Shown: piece by piece, positions 50,257-58,819 of the stretch
Layout of the letters: every line of letters begins with the position of its first letter
Position numbering within the stretch: position 1 is the stretch's first letter
Source of the DNA: a virus
IMG/VR virus record: IMGVR_UViG_3300045988_115355
Coordinates: 21,895-85,894 of that record
DNA: 64,000 bases
Direction: 5' to 3' (one strand)
Notes under the pieces: model-generated
The model's database searches: none
What the model was told of the DNA's origin: nothing
What the model saw: only the letters and a program-made list of their open reading frames with translations
Position numbers and translations under genes: made by a program

Positions 50257-52515
50257 TTATAATTTATTATCTAACTGCTTATTATCTACTTTTTTAAACT
50301 TAGCATCATAATTACTTGAAAAGAAATTATCATTACCTTTATAGGTAGCATCATGCTTTCTTTCTGCCTGCTGTGGATTACCTGAATAAAGTATCATCTT
50401 ATCCTCTCTAAGCAACATTAACATACCCATAGCAGACACTCTATCAAAGTTACCATCAGGATTCCACTGTGATAACTCTTCAAGTAAGGCTTTACACCTT
50501 AAAGTATATAACCTCTTGATAGTCACCTCTTTTATCTCATCCCCTTCTTTCTTCTGTATAGTAACAGGAGAGATTAACCAATCCCTTATTAAACTTCTTG
50601 CAGCATCATTAATAGGCTTTGAAGCATTAGTACCTTTCTGTTTATTACCATAAGAATCCTTACCACTGCTGTCTCTATCTTTTAAAAACTCTAAGGTATC
50701 TGTTAAGAGATAACTGCAATTCATTCTTTGAAAATAAGCAAACAGTCCTTTCTTATTATTTTCATAGTTCAGTCTTGCATTATAATAGAGAAGTAATAAC
50801 CTTACTTGCTCATAATAATCATTGGCAAATAAAGGTCTACCTGTATATTCAGCAACTATTGTGTCTGTCCATAAGTCAAGGATAAAAGTAGAACCTAAAG
50901 AAGTGGTCTGTGAGGCATCATCATCATAAGGGTCATTACCTGCAATATATCTACCTGCAAAGACTTTCCCTTGTTTATTCTTCTGTGGTAATTTGAATAT
51001 CTCTATAGCTCCTTCAAGTTTATTATCTTTATGAGGAAAAAACCTGATAGGCATATCTGTAGTTACCTTGAATTCAGGATTACCATTCTTAATCACCATC
51101 TTTCCTGTATAAACATCATCATACTCTGAAGGATTACTGTCTAACTGTAATACCCTTTCTTTTAAGTCTGACACAGGGAAGATAGTACTACTTCTTCTCA
51201 TGATAGCATCTTGCAAGGTAATAGGGTCTTCAGCTTTTGTTCTTGTAAGCTGCATAGGGTCTGATGTATTATACTTGGCATTATACCTTTCCACACATAT
51301 CTCTAATAGGGCTTTAGTAACATCGGATATACCATCTTTATTATAGCATCCTTTTCTATTCACATAAGCAGGAAAACACCATATAGATACACCCTTACCT
51401 TGTTGGGATTTATCCCATACATTATCAAAAGCCATCAGGTAATATCCTTTAGGACGGTAAATCATTTCTAAAGCACCGCTAAAATCAGAACCTTCAGAAC
51501 CACCTGTACCTATTAATATCATCTGTCCAAAGGCTTTACTCCCTTCTCTTACAGACCTAAGCATCACATTATAGACATCTGTTATCTTAGGGAAAGCACC
51601 AAACTCTTCACCTATAATAGTGATACTTCTCTTACCTCTTGGCTTATCAGGGTCATCTTTAATGGCCACTCCCATCACCTGATTTTTAGTTCCTTTCTTA
51701 GCTCCTGTATCTAAGTCTATATAACCCATCTGCCAAAACATTTCCCCTAAAGAAGACTTTAATCTCTTTGAAGGAAAATTAGTATTTTCAGCAATGAAGT
51801 CTATCATATTCTCAAACTTATTAAGAGTACCATCCTTAGTAAGATACTCCCTTGTATAAGCCACTATCATTCCTCTGACATTCTTTGAGGAAGTTTTATT
51901 CTCTCCTATGATAAAATTCTTTGATAGCTTTGCAGCTGTAGAATAAGACTTTGAGGAACCACGCTTTGATATTTCTGCAAAGTTAAGTGCTTGCTGTCTT
52001 GCTTGATACCATCCTAATGTCCTCCATAATATCCCTTCCCAAAATTCAGGAAACCCATCTACTCTATCTGCCATATTAGAATCTTCGTAAGTAACAGTCT
52101 TCTGTATCATCACATAATTTAAATACCAATACATATCTCCTGTTACCCATGCACCATCCGAAGGTCTAATATAGCCTTCCCAAGCTCTTCTTACTTCCTC
52201 TTTCACCCATTTCATATATTCTGAATTAGGGTTTCTGTTAGGTCTTAAAGAAGTGAAAGTACCTGTCTTTTCAAAGTGGATAGCTGTAGGTCTGAAATAA
52301 TCTATATCTTCTATAATAGGAGGATTAGTCAGGTCTATAATAGCCCTTCCTTTTTCATCCCTTGGGAGGTCTTCACATAAAGGTCTATTCTTTGATACAA
52401 GCCTCTGTATAAAAGGAACACTATAGAAGTTCTCTAAAAACTCTTCCTGTACTTCTTTAGGATACTGCTCTAAATGTAAATCCTCTATAGGTGTCTGATA
52501 TTTATTTAATTCCAT
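50257..52515 (-). CDS. terL: Terminase large subunit (752 aa)
   Basis: ATPase Walker-B-like SITIIGEEFGAF, P-loop-like RGSSKSYST, C-terminal nuclease Asp cluster YIAGNDPYDDD; position before portal. Confidence 0.65.
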   Translation of the reverse strand: MELNKYQTPIEDLHLEQYPKEVQEEFLENFYSVPFIQRLVSKNRPLCEDLPRDEKGRAIIDLTNPPIIEDIDYFRPTAIHFEKTGTFTSLRPNRNPNSEYMKWVKEEVRRAWEGYIRPSDGAWVTGDMYWYLNYVMIQKTVTYEDSNMADRVDGFPEFWEGILWRTLGWYQARQQALNFAEISKRGSSKSYSTAAKLSKNFIIGENKTSSKNVRGMIVAYTREYLTKDGTLNKFENMIDFIAENTNFPSKRLKSSLGEMFWQMGYIDLDTGAKKGTKNQVMGVAIKDDPDKPRGKRSITIIGEEFGAFPKITDVYNVMLRSVREGSKAFGQMILIGTGGSEGSDFSGALEMIYRPKGYYLMAFDNVWDKSQQGKGVSIWCFPAYVNRKGCYNKDGISDVTKALLEICVERYNAKYNTSDPMQLTRTKAEDPITLQDAIMRRSSTIFPVSDLKERVLQLDSNPSEYDDVYTGKMVIKNGNPEFKVTTDMPIRFFPHKDNKLEGAIEIFKLPQKNKQGKVFAGRYIAGNDPYDDDASQTTSLGSTFILDLWTDTIVAEYTGRPLFANDYYEQVRLLLLYYNARLNYENNKKGLFAYFQRMNCSYLLTDTLEFLKDRDSSGKDSYGNKQKGTNASKPINDAARSLIRDWLISPVTIQKKEGDEIKEVTIKRLYTLRCKALLEELSQWNPDGNFDRVSAMGMLMLLREDKMILYSGNPQQAERKHDATYKGNDNFFSSNYDAKFKKVDNKQLDNKL

Positions 52516-52786
52516 CCTTTATAGCATCTAAAAGTGTCGAGGATTCATCCAAAAGAAAATAAATACAATTCTCTTCAAGTGTGCTGTAAGCACTATCTAT
52601 ATGAGCAGACTTGATAGTAGAAGTAAAGAGTTTAATCTTTTTAATACCTTCCACATAATAAAGCTCTATAGTAACACTCTTAATAGCCTTAATAAGTGAT
52701 GATTCCTCATAATACTTCTTTATAATCACCCGCCCTTTAAAGCCTTTATGACTTAATAGTTTATTGAATATATTGATTACCTGCAT
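52502..52786 (-). CDS. Small protein (94 aa) overlapping terL start; possible small terminase or accessory
   Basis: 14-nt overlap with terL suggests translational coupling. Confidence 0.4.
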   Translation of the reverse strand: MQVINIFNKLLSHKGFKGRVIIKKYYEESSLIKAIKSVTIELYYVEGIKKIKLFTSTIKSAHIDSAYSTLEENCIYFLLDESSTLLDAIKDGIK

Positions 52787-52806
52787 AGTATTATTTTAAA
52801 AATAAT

Positions 52807-53352
52807 TTAAAACCCATCTTCAAACATTGAAAGGTCAGTACCTCTCACTCTACTTTGCTCACTAATCTCCTGCTCTACCTTTTGTTCAAGCTCTTGTAAC
52901 TGTGGAACTAAATCAGTAACATTCTTTAGAGCTGTAGTAACAGTACTCACTTGATACTTTGGTTTACCTTTATCATCTTCTTCTGTAAGGTCTATATTCT
53001 CTAAGAACACCCTTACCCTATCACAGGCTTTCCTTGCACTCTGTAAGAGTTCCACTCCTTTAGTAACAGTGTGGTTCTTATAAATATCCATAGCCTCCTT
53101 AAGGAGTTTTGAAGGTTTAAAATCTTTAGCCAAACCCTCTTGCTCTATAATAGCTTTAGCCCTTAGGGTATCATCTATAATATACCCATAGGTACTCCTT
53201 GGGTCTACCATAAAATATAAGTAACTCATCTGTTCATAGAAATTCTCCTTATCTTTTGATTTATCCTTACGGTATAACTCTCTGATAGGTCTTACTAACA
53301 AAGCCTCATCAGCTATCTTTAATTGGTAATTGTCGAAATTTAGTAGTTTCAT
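52807..53352 (-). CDS. Protein of 181 aa with coiled-coil C-terminus; small-terminase candidate
   Basis: Position two genes upstream of terL; C-terminal coiled coil QLQELEQKVEQEISEQ. Confidence 0.35.
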   Translation of the reverse strand: MKLLNFDNYQLKIADEALLVRPIRELYRKDKSKDKENFYEQMSYLYFMVDPRSTYGYIIDDTLRAKAIIEQEGLAKDFKPSKLLKEAMDIYKNHTVTKGVELLQSARKACDRVRVFLENIDLTEEDDKGKPKYQVSTVTTALKNVTDLVPQLQELEQKVEQEISEQSRVRGTDLSMFEDGF

Positions 53353-53383
53353 ATCCTTTATCTTAAAAAATAAAAGACCTAAA

Positions 53384-53404
53384 CTCTTATTTAGGAGATA
53401 AGAG
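53384..53404 (-). terminator. Intrinsic terminator downstream of GroES-like gene
   Basis: Stem CTCTTAT/ATAAGAG with 7-nt loop; minus-strand RNA continues UUUAGGUCUUUUAUUUUUUAAG. Confidence 0.6.
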
Positions 53405-53432
53405 AATAGGCCCTATGCAAACAAGAACTTCT

Positions 53433-53873
53433 TTATAATGTCAGTGTAGGTTTATCTTCAGTAACTACAGGAGGACATTCATCAAATTCCTCCCCTTCAG
53501 CACTAAAGAATATATCATTATCACTAATCAATAATACCTCTCTACAGCCACCATCTTCTCTATCATAAACAGGATAATGAGGAATATTAAAGTTAATGTG
53601 CATATTATCTTTCTGTACATTATCCTCATCAGCAAGTCCATGCTTATGCGCCATAGTGGTAAACCTCTTAGGGTTGATAAATACAACATCCCCTACCTTT
53701 AAATCTCCTTTAGCTTTAACCATAGGACCTACTGCCAAGATAGTCTGATACTCCTTAATAGTATTGGCTCTTGTAGTATCAATGAGACTACCTACCTTAA
53801 GGTTGTCATCATACATATCCATGGTAGTAACCACCTGATTGAATAAAGGCTTAATCTTCTTTATTTTAAACAT
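53433..53873 (-). CDS. GroES/cpn10-like co-chaperonin with ~40-aa insertion (146 aa)
   Basis: Aligns to GroES blocks: IKPLFNQVV (cf. IRPLHDRVIV), ILAVGPM (cf. VLAVGNG), LKVGDVVFIN (cf. VKVGDIVIFN), EVLLISDNDI (cf. EVLIMSESDI). Confidence 0.55.
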   Translation of the reverse strand: MFKIKKIKPLFNQVVTTMDMYDDNLKVGSLIDTTRANTIKEYQTILAVGPMVKAKGDLKVGDVVFINPKRFTTMAHKHGLADEDNVQKDNMHINFNIPHYPVYDREDGGCREVLLISDNDIFFSAEGEEFDECPPVVTEDKPTLTL

Positions 53874-54148
53874 CTTTCTTTATATTTTTGACGTGTTTCT
53901 AAATTCTTCTTATACTTCTTAATATGCTTGTTATATCTCCAAGCAGGCATATATATCTTACCAAACTTATTGAGAGAAAAAGCAAGTCTTAACTTGTCTA
54001 CTTCTTCATCTGTATAGCTATCCTTAATAGGAATATCCTTATAAGTTTGTAAGACAAAATGCCATATACTTTTGAAAATTAACTCTGCACACCCTACAGG
54101 TATATCAAACTCCTTTGCTACTTGATTTATTATTTCCTTTTGTGTCAT
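53861..54148 (-). CDS. HU/IHF-like small DNA-binding protein candidate (95 aa)
   Basis: N-terminus MTQKEIINQVAKEFDIP resembles HU/IHF helix 1 (MNKTELINAVAE...); basic C-terminal tail; arm motif not obvious. Confidence 0.35.
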   Translation of the reverse strand: MTQKEIINQVAKEFDIPVGCAELIFKSIWHFVLQTYKDIPIKDSYTDEEVDKLRLAFSLNKFGKIYMPAWRYNKHIKKYKKNLETRQKYKERCLK

Positions 54149-54524
54149 CTATCTTCATTAAATAAGTAAGACATACTACACCATCCTCATTCAAAGGAGG
54201 AATATATAAAGGATTAATCTTCCCATTCTTAATAACACCTGCTTGTCTTAACTTTGACATTACCACCTGAAAGAAAGCACATGATACTCCTGTCATCTTC
54301 CTTACCTCTTTCTTACATTTCTCTTGCATGACAACATCATCCAATAAGTCAGGGTCAGTGATAGAGTGACTTAAGTCATGCCTTAATTTCACAAAAGCAG
54401 CAATCACATCTGCTTCTTTATTAGTCAAATGATGCACAGGTTTTAATACTTCAAACCACCATCTGAAGAAGGTATCTGAAGTACAAGGAAGATTAATAAC
54501 CTTTGTAACCTTACTGATATCCAT
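54105..54524 (-). CDS. Hypothetical protein, 139 aa
   Basis: ORF in operon, overlaps neighbours. Confidence 0.45.
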   Translation of the reverse strand: MDISKVTKVINLPCTSDTFFRWWFEVLKPVHHLTNKEADVIAAFVKLRHDLSHSITDPDLLDDVVMQEKCKKEVRKMTGVSCAFFQVVMSKLRQAGVIKNGKINPLYIPPLNEDGVVCLTYLMKIDDTKGNNKSSSKGV

Positions 54525-54525
54525 A

Positions 54526-54774
54526 CTACTTACTTTCAGGGGTCATCATATCTTCAATTCTCTTAGCACAGTCTTTCTTAAATTGTTCACTGAAATACTT
54601 AGAATCTGAAGATACAATCTTAAAATTCCAATCTAACAAAGCAAAGAACTCTGTCTTCTTGTAAGCATTTAACTGCTCTTGAAGATATTGGTTCTGTGCA
54701 CTAATCTGATTAAGAGCCTCATGAAGCTGTTTCTCATCTAACTTCTGATTGTTCATTTTAACTTCCTTTGCCAT
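54526..54774 (-). CDS. Small coiled-coil protein, 82 aa
   Basis: ORF with ATG start; heptad-rich (QYLQEQLNAYKK). Confidence 0.45.
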   Translation of the reverse strand: MAKEVKMNNQKLDEKQLHEALNQISAQNQYLQEQLNAYKKTEFFALLDWNFKIVSSDSKYFSEQFKKDCAKRIEDMMTPESK

Positions 54775-54786
54775 AACTATAACTAT

Positions 54787-54993
54787 TTAAAATTCAACAT
54801 AATATTTACCATATCTCTTTTTATATCTTTCCTCCCATTCATCTATTGTACTCTCCTTAATATCTGTACAACCACATTCCATACAACAATCCATACCCAT
54901 AGGAGTATGCTCTACCTTTAAAGAAAGACAATTAGCACAATATCCTACTAACTCTTCATCATAATCTACTTTCTTATTTATCTCTTCTTGCAT
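54787..54993 (-). CDS. Cys-rich zinc-ribbon protein, 68 aa
   Basis: CANC...x12...CCMECGC metal-binding cysteine pattern. Confidence 0.5.
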   Translation of the reverse strand: MQEEINKKVDYDEELVGYCANCLSLKVEHTPMGMDCCMECGCTDIKESTIDEWEERYKKRYGKYYVEF

Positions 54994-55135
54994 AATAAAT
55001 AATTGTAAATTCTCCTGAAGGAAGAGCTAATACCTGTACTATCTCTAATGTATAGCCATGTAAAGCATTAGCACTGTTAAAGGCTTGTAGGACCTCTCTC
55101 AAAGTATCTCTTGTAAAACTACATAATTCCTTCAT
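54974..55135 (-). CDS. Small unannotated ORF (53 aa), first gene after late promoter
   Basis: ATG at 55135 sits 19 nt downstream of predicted TSS; ORF MKELCSFTRDTLREVLQAF... overlaps start of 68-aa gene in another frame; below ORF-track size cutoff. Confidence 0.3.
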   Translation of the reverse strand: MKELCSFTRDTLREVLQAFNSANALHGYTLEIVQVLALPSGEFTIIYYARRDK

Positions 55136-55160
55136 ATCTCAAGTTACTTAAAAACAGGTA

Positions 55161-55192
55161 CAAATATAAGTGTTTTTCTTTAATAAGACAAA
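55161..55192 (-). promoter_or_regulatory. Bacteroides sigma-A-type promoter for the leftward late operon (-33 TTTG, 20-nt spacer, -7 TATATTTG)
   Basis: Plus CAAATATA at 55161-55168 and CAAA at 55189-55192 (minus-strand TTTG...TAnnTTTG with canonical spacing). Confidence 0.5.
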
Positions 55193-55547
55193 TAAATACC
55201 TTAAATATTACAGGATAGGCCTTAAAAAAGGTTTAAATGTTTCACAACACCTAAACCTACAGAAAACAATCATCCAAACGGTTCATCAAACAAAAAATAA
55301 ATAAATCAAAATAAGAAACAAAACTTGCCCAAATAAACCACCTAACATAGTGGATAACTAATCATTCCAATCATACATTCTACAATATTGGTAATCTTTA
55401 AACTCTAAAGCTGTGGCTACACCTAACACACAGAGAATAGTAAAGAAAACCCAATAGGCACAGCATAGATAAAATGCTTATCTCTATTACTCTTCTTAAA
55501 CCATTCTATTACCTTCATCATACGCAATCCTTTAACTTATGAATTTG

Positions 55548-55621
55548 TGGCCCTTATAAGATTCGAACTTATAACTTACAGCTTAGAAGGCTGTTGCTCT
55601 ATCCTAGTAAGTTAAAGAGCC
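55548..55621 (-). tRNA. tRNA-Arg (anticodon UCU), CCA not encoded
   Basis: Manual cloverleaf fold: 7-bp acceptor stem with one G-U pair, D-loop with A14/G18G19, anticodon stem ACAGC/GCTGT with loop CU-UCU-AA, T-arm ATAAG-TTCGAAT-CTTAT, discriminator A; 74 nt. Confidence 0.75.
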
Positions 55622-55769
55622 AAAAGCTACTCTATAACCCAAGTAGCAAGGCCTACCTTACGATGTAGTTAATTGTAATCTCTACAACTAAATTTACGGT
55701 TGTATAACCAACTAATATCTATTGAAGACAAGATAATAAACAAATCCTATTGCAAAGATATGAATTAAT

Positions 55770-56159
55770 CTAATTCCCACCAAGTTTATTAGCCCATTTC
55801 TCTGTATAGAACCAAAAATAATCAATCCTCAATCCTAACACCTTTGTAACAAAAGTATGAAACACAGCCCATAATAATGAAGGTATAGCTATGATAAGAA
55901 TATAGAAGATACCAAGAATCCTACTCTGAATAGTATGCCCGTATTCATGCTTCATAATATATTCTGAATACCTATACTTACTATTCATAAATACACTATT
56001 TCCTATGGAAACAGCACCATAGAATCTACCCACATAATAAGTAACACCATCCTTATATATAATATCCTCTACCCTGCTATCTACTATAGCTAAATAAATA
56101 TCAGCTATAAAAAGTTGTACACAACACCATACATTCAACAACACTTCCTTAAAGACCAT
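55770..56159 (-). CDS. Small membrane protein with HExxH zincin-like motif (129 aa)
   Basis: HEYGH followed by hydrophobic helix ILGIFYILIIAIPSLLWAVF; resembles DUF3267-type putative zincin peptidases; sits alone in the non-coding control region. Confidence 0.4.
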   Translation of the reverse strand: MVFKEVLLNVWCCVQLFIADIYLAIVDSRVEDIIYKDGVTYYVGRFYGAVSIGNSVFMNSKYRYSEYIMKHEYGHTIQSRILGIFYILIIAIPSLLWAVFHTFVTKVLGLRIDYFWFYTEKWANKLGGN

Positions 56160-57790
56160 AAGATACCACTATAATTGAAAGTAAAAACAAACTACCCTAA
56201 GCAAGGGTAATACACCAAAATAAATTCAACACTACAAGTAAACTAAAATACTAATGTAAATAAAATAGAAATCTCTTAGTTTCCAGAGTCCCTGCAAAAT
56301 TTTTGGCTCCAAAATTAAAGATTTTCAGTATTTCAAATGTTAAATGTTCTTAAACATAAAGAGTTCTGAAAAACTTAATTTTCTTGGATTTATAAAAAAT
56401 GAGGAATAACCAATCATTTCTTACTTCCTTAGATTAATATTGCTATTAACCATTAACTTAGAATCTTATGTAGAGGCGGTTAATTCTTCCCCAAGAGCCT
56501 TTTACCCTCAACCTTTTCTCATCCTTGTTGGTAGGCTACTCTACTTTATATCTAAGTCATTTTTGAGCTAGGGATTAAATCTCTTTACTATGGTGTTCTA
56601 AAAGAACTGTAAATACCACCCCTAAAAGAAAAGGACACTGAAATGTCTAATTTTGAAATCCTTCTGAATAACAATGCAAGGAATCACTGTTGCTCAATGC
56701 AAAGATACTATAATAAGGTGTGATAAGCAAATAATTAACCCTAAAAGTATAAGAAAATTATAAAGAATTATAGTTATTTAAGAAGTAAATATAGAAAGTA
56801 AAAGAAATATTGTGTACCTTTGTAGGTAAGAAAGATAAATACCGTAGTAAGGAAATACCCTATAAGTATATAGAGTTTTAAGGTTTTTTGATTTTTTTTT
56901 CCTTTAACTCCTTATGAAGGTACTACCCTAAAATGATTTTTCTTTCAGTTTTGTCATTTTATAGTTTAGATGGACTTTTAAAGTAACTGTATGTGAATAT
57001 AGTTACTTTTTTATTATATTATAGGATAATATATCTCCTTATTATAGGCTAAAAGAAGTAGAGAAATGAATGTTTGAATAGGCTTCTAAATGGAATAAAG
57101 AGAGTAAAGAAAGAGTATAAAAGAATATACTATACACCTATATAGGATGATAAAGATATACCCTATAGGAGTATATAAATATCCCCCTATAGAAGGTATG
57201 TAAAAACAAATATATAATATACTATTAACCCCTTTAAAAGTGTAGAGACTATACACTATACCTTTTATTTGTTTTATTTATAAGGATTAAATTCAATTTT
57301 AATAGCTCTAATTTTAATTATATTATAGGGCAGTTTTGTGGGAAAAGTAGTGTTTCTTTGAGTGTTTTAGTAGGGCTAAAAGAGTGTTAGAAACACCATT
57401 AAAGATGATGATTAAATGCTGTTTTAAGGTGTAAAGAAATGCTGTTTAATGAATGTGGAAATAGCATATTTAAGCAAGCATAAAACCATAGTTGTTTTTA
57501 TATTTTTTATTGTGTTCACATGAGAATGAGATAACCCACTCTTACCACCCCGTGGTAATATCCCTTTGGGCTATTCCCCCTTGGGTGTTCAGAGTTAATG
57601 TTATCCCACTATTTTCAGACATTGAGCGAGCATGAGTAACTTGGTTATATTATGTAGTGAAAGGTGTGAAGGACAGTAGCACCATGCACTATTTACCAAT
57701 TAGTGCATAACAAGTAACTGCTATATATATAATAAGGTGAAAATGCTCACTCACATCCATGCAGGTTATACACCATAAGACATGGATTAA

Positions 57791-58114
57791 ATGAGTTCTA
57801 TTATGGAATTTACAGAGAACAAACAAACAAATTGGTTAACAGAGGAACAAAGCTTGTCACTCTTTGTTAGTAACCATGGACCAGCAACTCCTATGGAAAG
57901 TGCTATCCAAGGTAGACTGATGATAGGGTTTGCTGATGGCACTAAAGCACTACTTAGTGAGAAAACTGAACAAAAAGTCCTCAAAGCTAAGAAGCTGGTA
58001 GCCAGTGACTTAGTAGTACGGCAATACCAAAAAGAGGATGGTCAAAAAGGTTTCATGGCCTACTATGCTGGAGCCAACAAACCTCTTGAGACCAAAAAGT
58101 TTACTATCAAGTAA
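57791..58114 (+). CDS. First rightward (early) gene, 107 aa, unknown function
   Basis: ATG start preceded by hairpins; followed by strong terminator; GC-richer than surroundings. Confidence 0.5.
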   Translation: MSSIMEFTENKQTNWLTEEQSLSLFVSNHGPATPMESAIQGRLMIGFADGTKALLSEKTEQKVLKAKKLVASDLVVRQYQKEDGQKGFMAYYAGANKPLETKKFTIK

Positions 58115-58132
58115 AACTGGAGTAGCCCACCA

Positions 58133-58170
58133 CCTTGCAGTGAACAACAGTAGCTGCAAGGTGTTTTATC
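58133..58170 (+). terminator. Intrinsic terminator after 107-aa early gene
   Basis: Perfect 8-bp stem CCTTGCAG/CTGCAAGG, 13-nt loop, followed by TGTTTTATC. Confidence 0.6.
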
Positions 58171-58470
58171 ACAAGGAATTATGTAAATTTAGACTATACA
58201 TATTAACAAACAAGAATAATGCTAAGGCGTGGTAGCCTAAACATAAGGTCAATGTGCAGGAAGGTAGTTTTGTTAATGGGTTTTGATTGTTTTCATAGTG
58301 TATAGTTGTAAAAAACAAAAGTGCTCACAGTAAAAGGTTATACACCTGTGATGTGAGACAAATATATGTGTAGTGTCCTCCATTAGAGGGAGTAAGTGTT
58401 AATCTTATTATGATTAATCGTGGATGCAACTTTTCACCTACATGTAGACCAATACTTAGGCAAGTAGTAA

Positions 58471-58773
58471 TTGCCTCGCCTATCTGTGCATGATGTGGTA
58501 CTTAATGATGGTACTGTATATCCAGCAACAGGTGAAGTAGCAAGAGTATCTGCCACTTTTAGTGAGGTAGATTCTAATGGTTTCTGCAAGCAATCTTATG
58601 GTGAGATTGTAAATCTCCCAGAGCCTGTAGAAGATACTTACTATCTTGTAAGTGCTTTAGTGTTTAATGCTACTGATAGAGAGGATGTAGTAGCACCTGC
58701 TACAGGGCATCCATTATGTAAGAGAAATGACAAAGGACAGATTATATCTGTACCTTGTTTACTTAAACATTAA
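58471..58773 (+). CDS. Hypothetical 100-aa ORF requiring TTG start
   Basis: Only ORF in a 1-kb gap, but no in-frame ATG; weak. Confidence 0.2.
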   Translation: MPRLSVHDVVLNDGTVYPATGEVARVSATFSEVDSNGFCKQSYGEIVNLPEPVEDTYYLVSALVFNATDREDVVAPATGHPLCKRNDKGQIISVPCLLKH

Positions 58774-58819
58774 TAAAGAAAAGGTCTATTCACTATACTT
58801 GGTAACTATTTAGTTTATT

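Noticed and set aside
55200-57790. Possibility of a CRISPR array, additional tRNAs or hidden recoded genes in the long non-coding region.
   Set aside because: No regularly spaced direct repeats of 25-40 nt with unique spacers. Only one T-loop-like GTTCGAATC occurrence (the tRNA-Arg). All three stop codons are intermixed in every frame, so TAG- or TGA-recoded ORFs are not plausible.
57787-58235. ORFs 57787..57984 (-) and 58038..58235 (+) overlapping the 107-aa early gene and its terminator.
   Set aside because: One is antisense. The other is in an alternative frame running through the terminator hairpin. The 107-aa ATG ORF with a downstream terminator is the coherent model.
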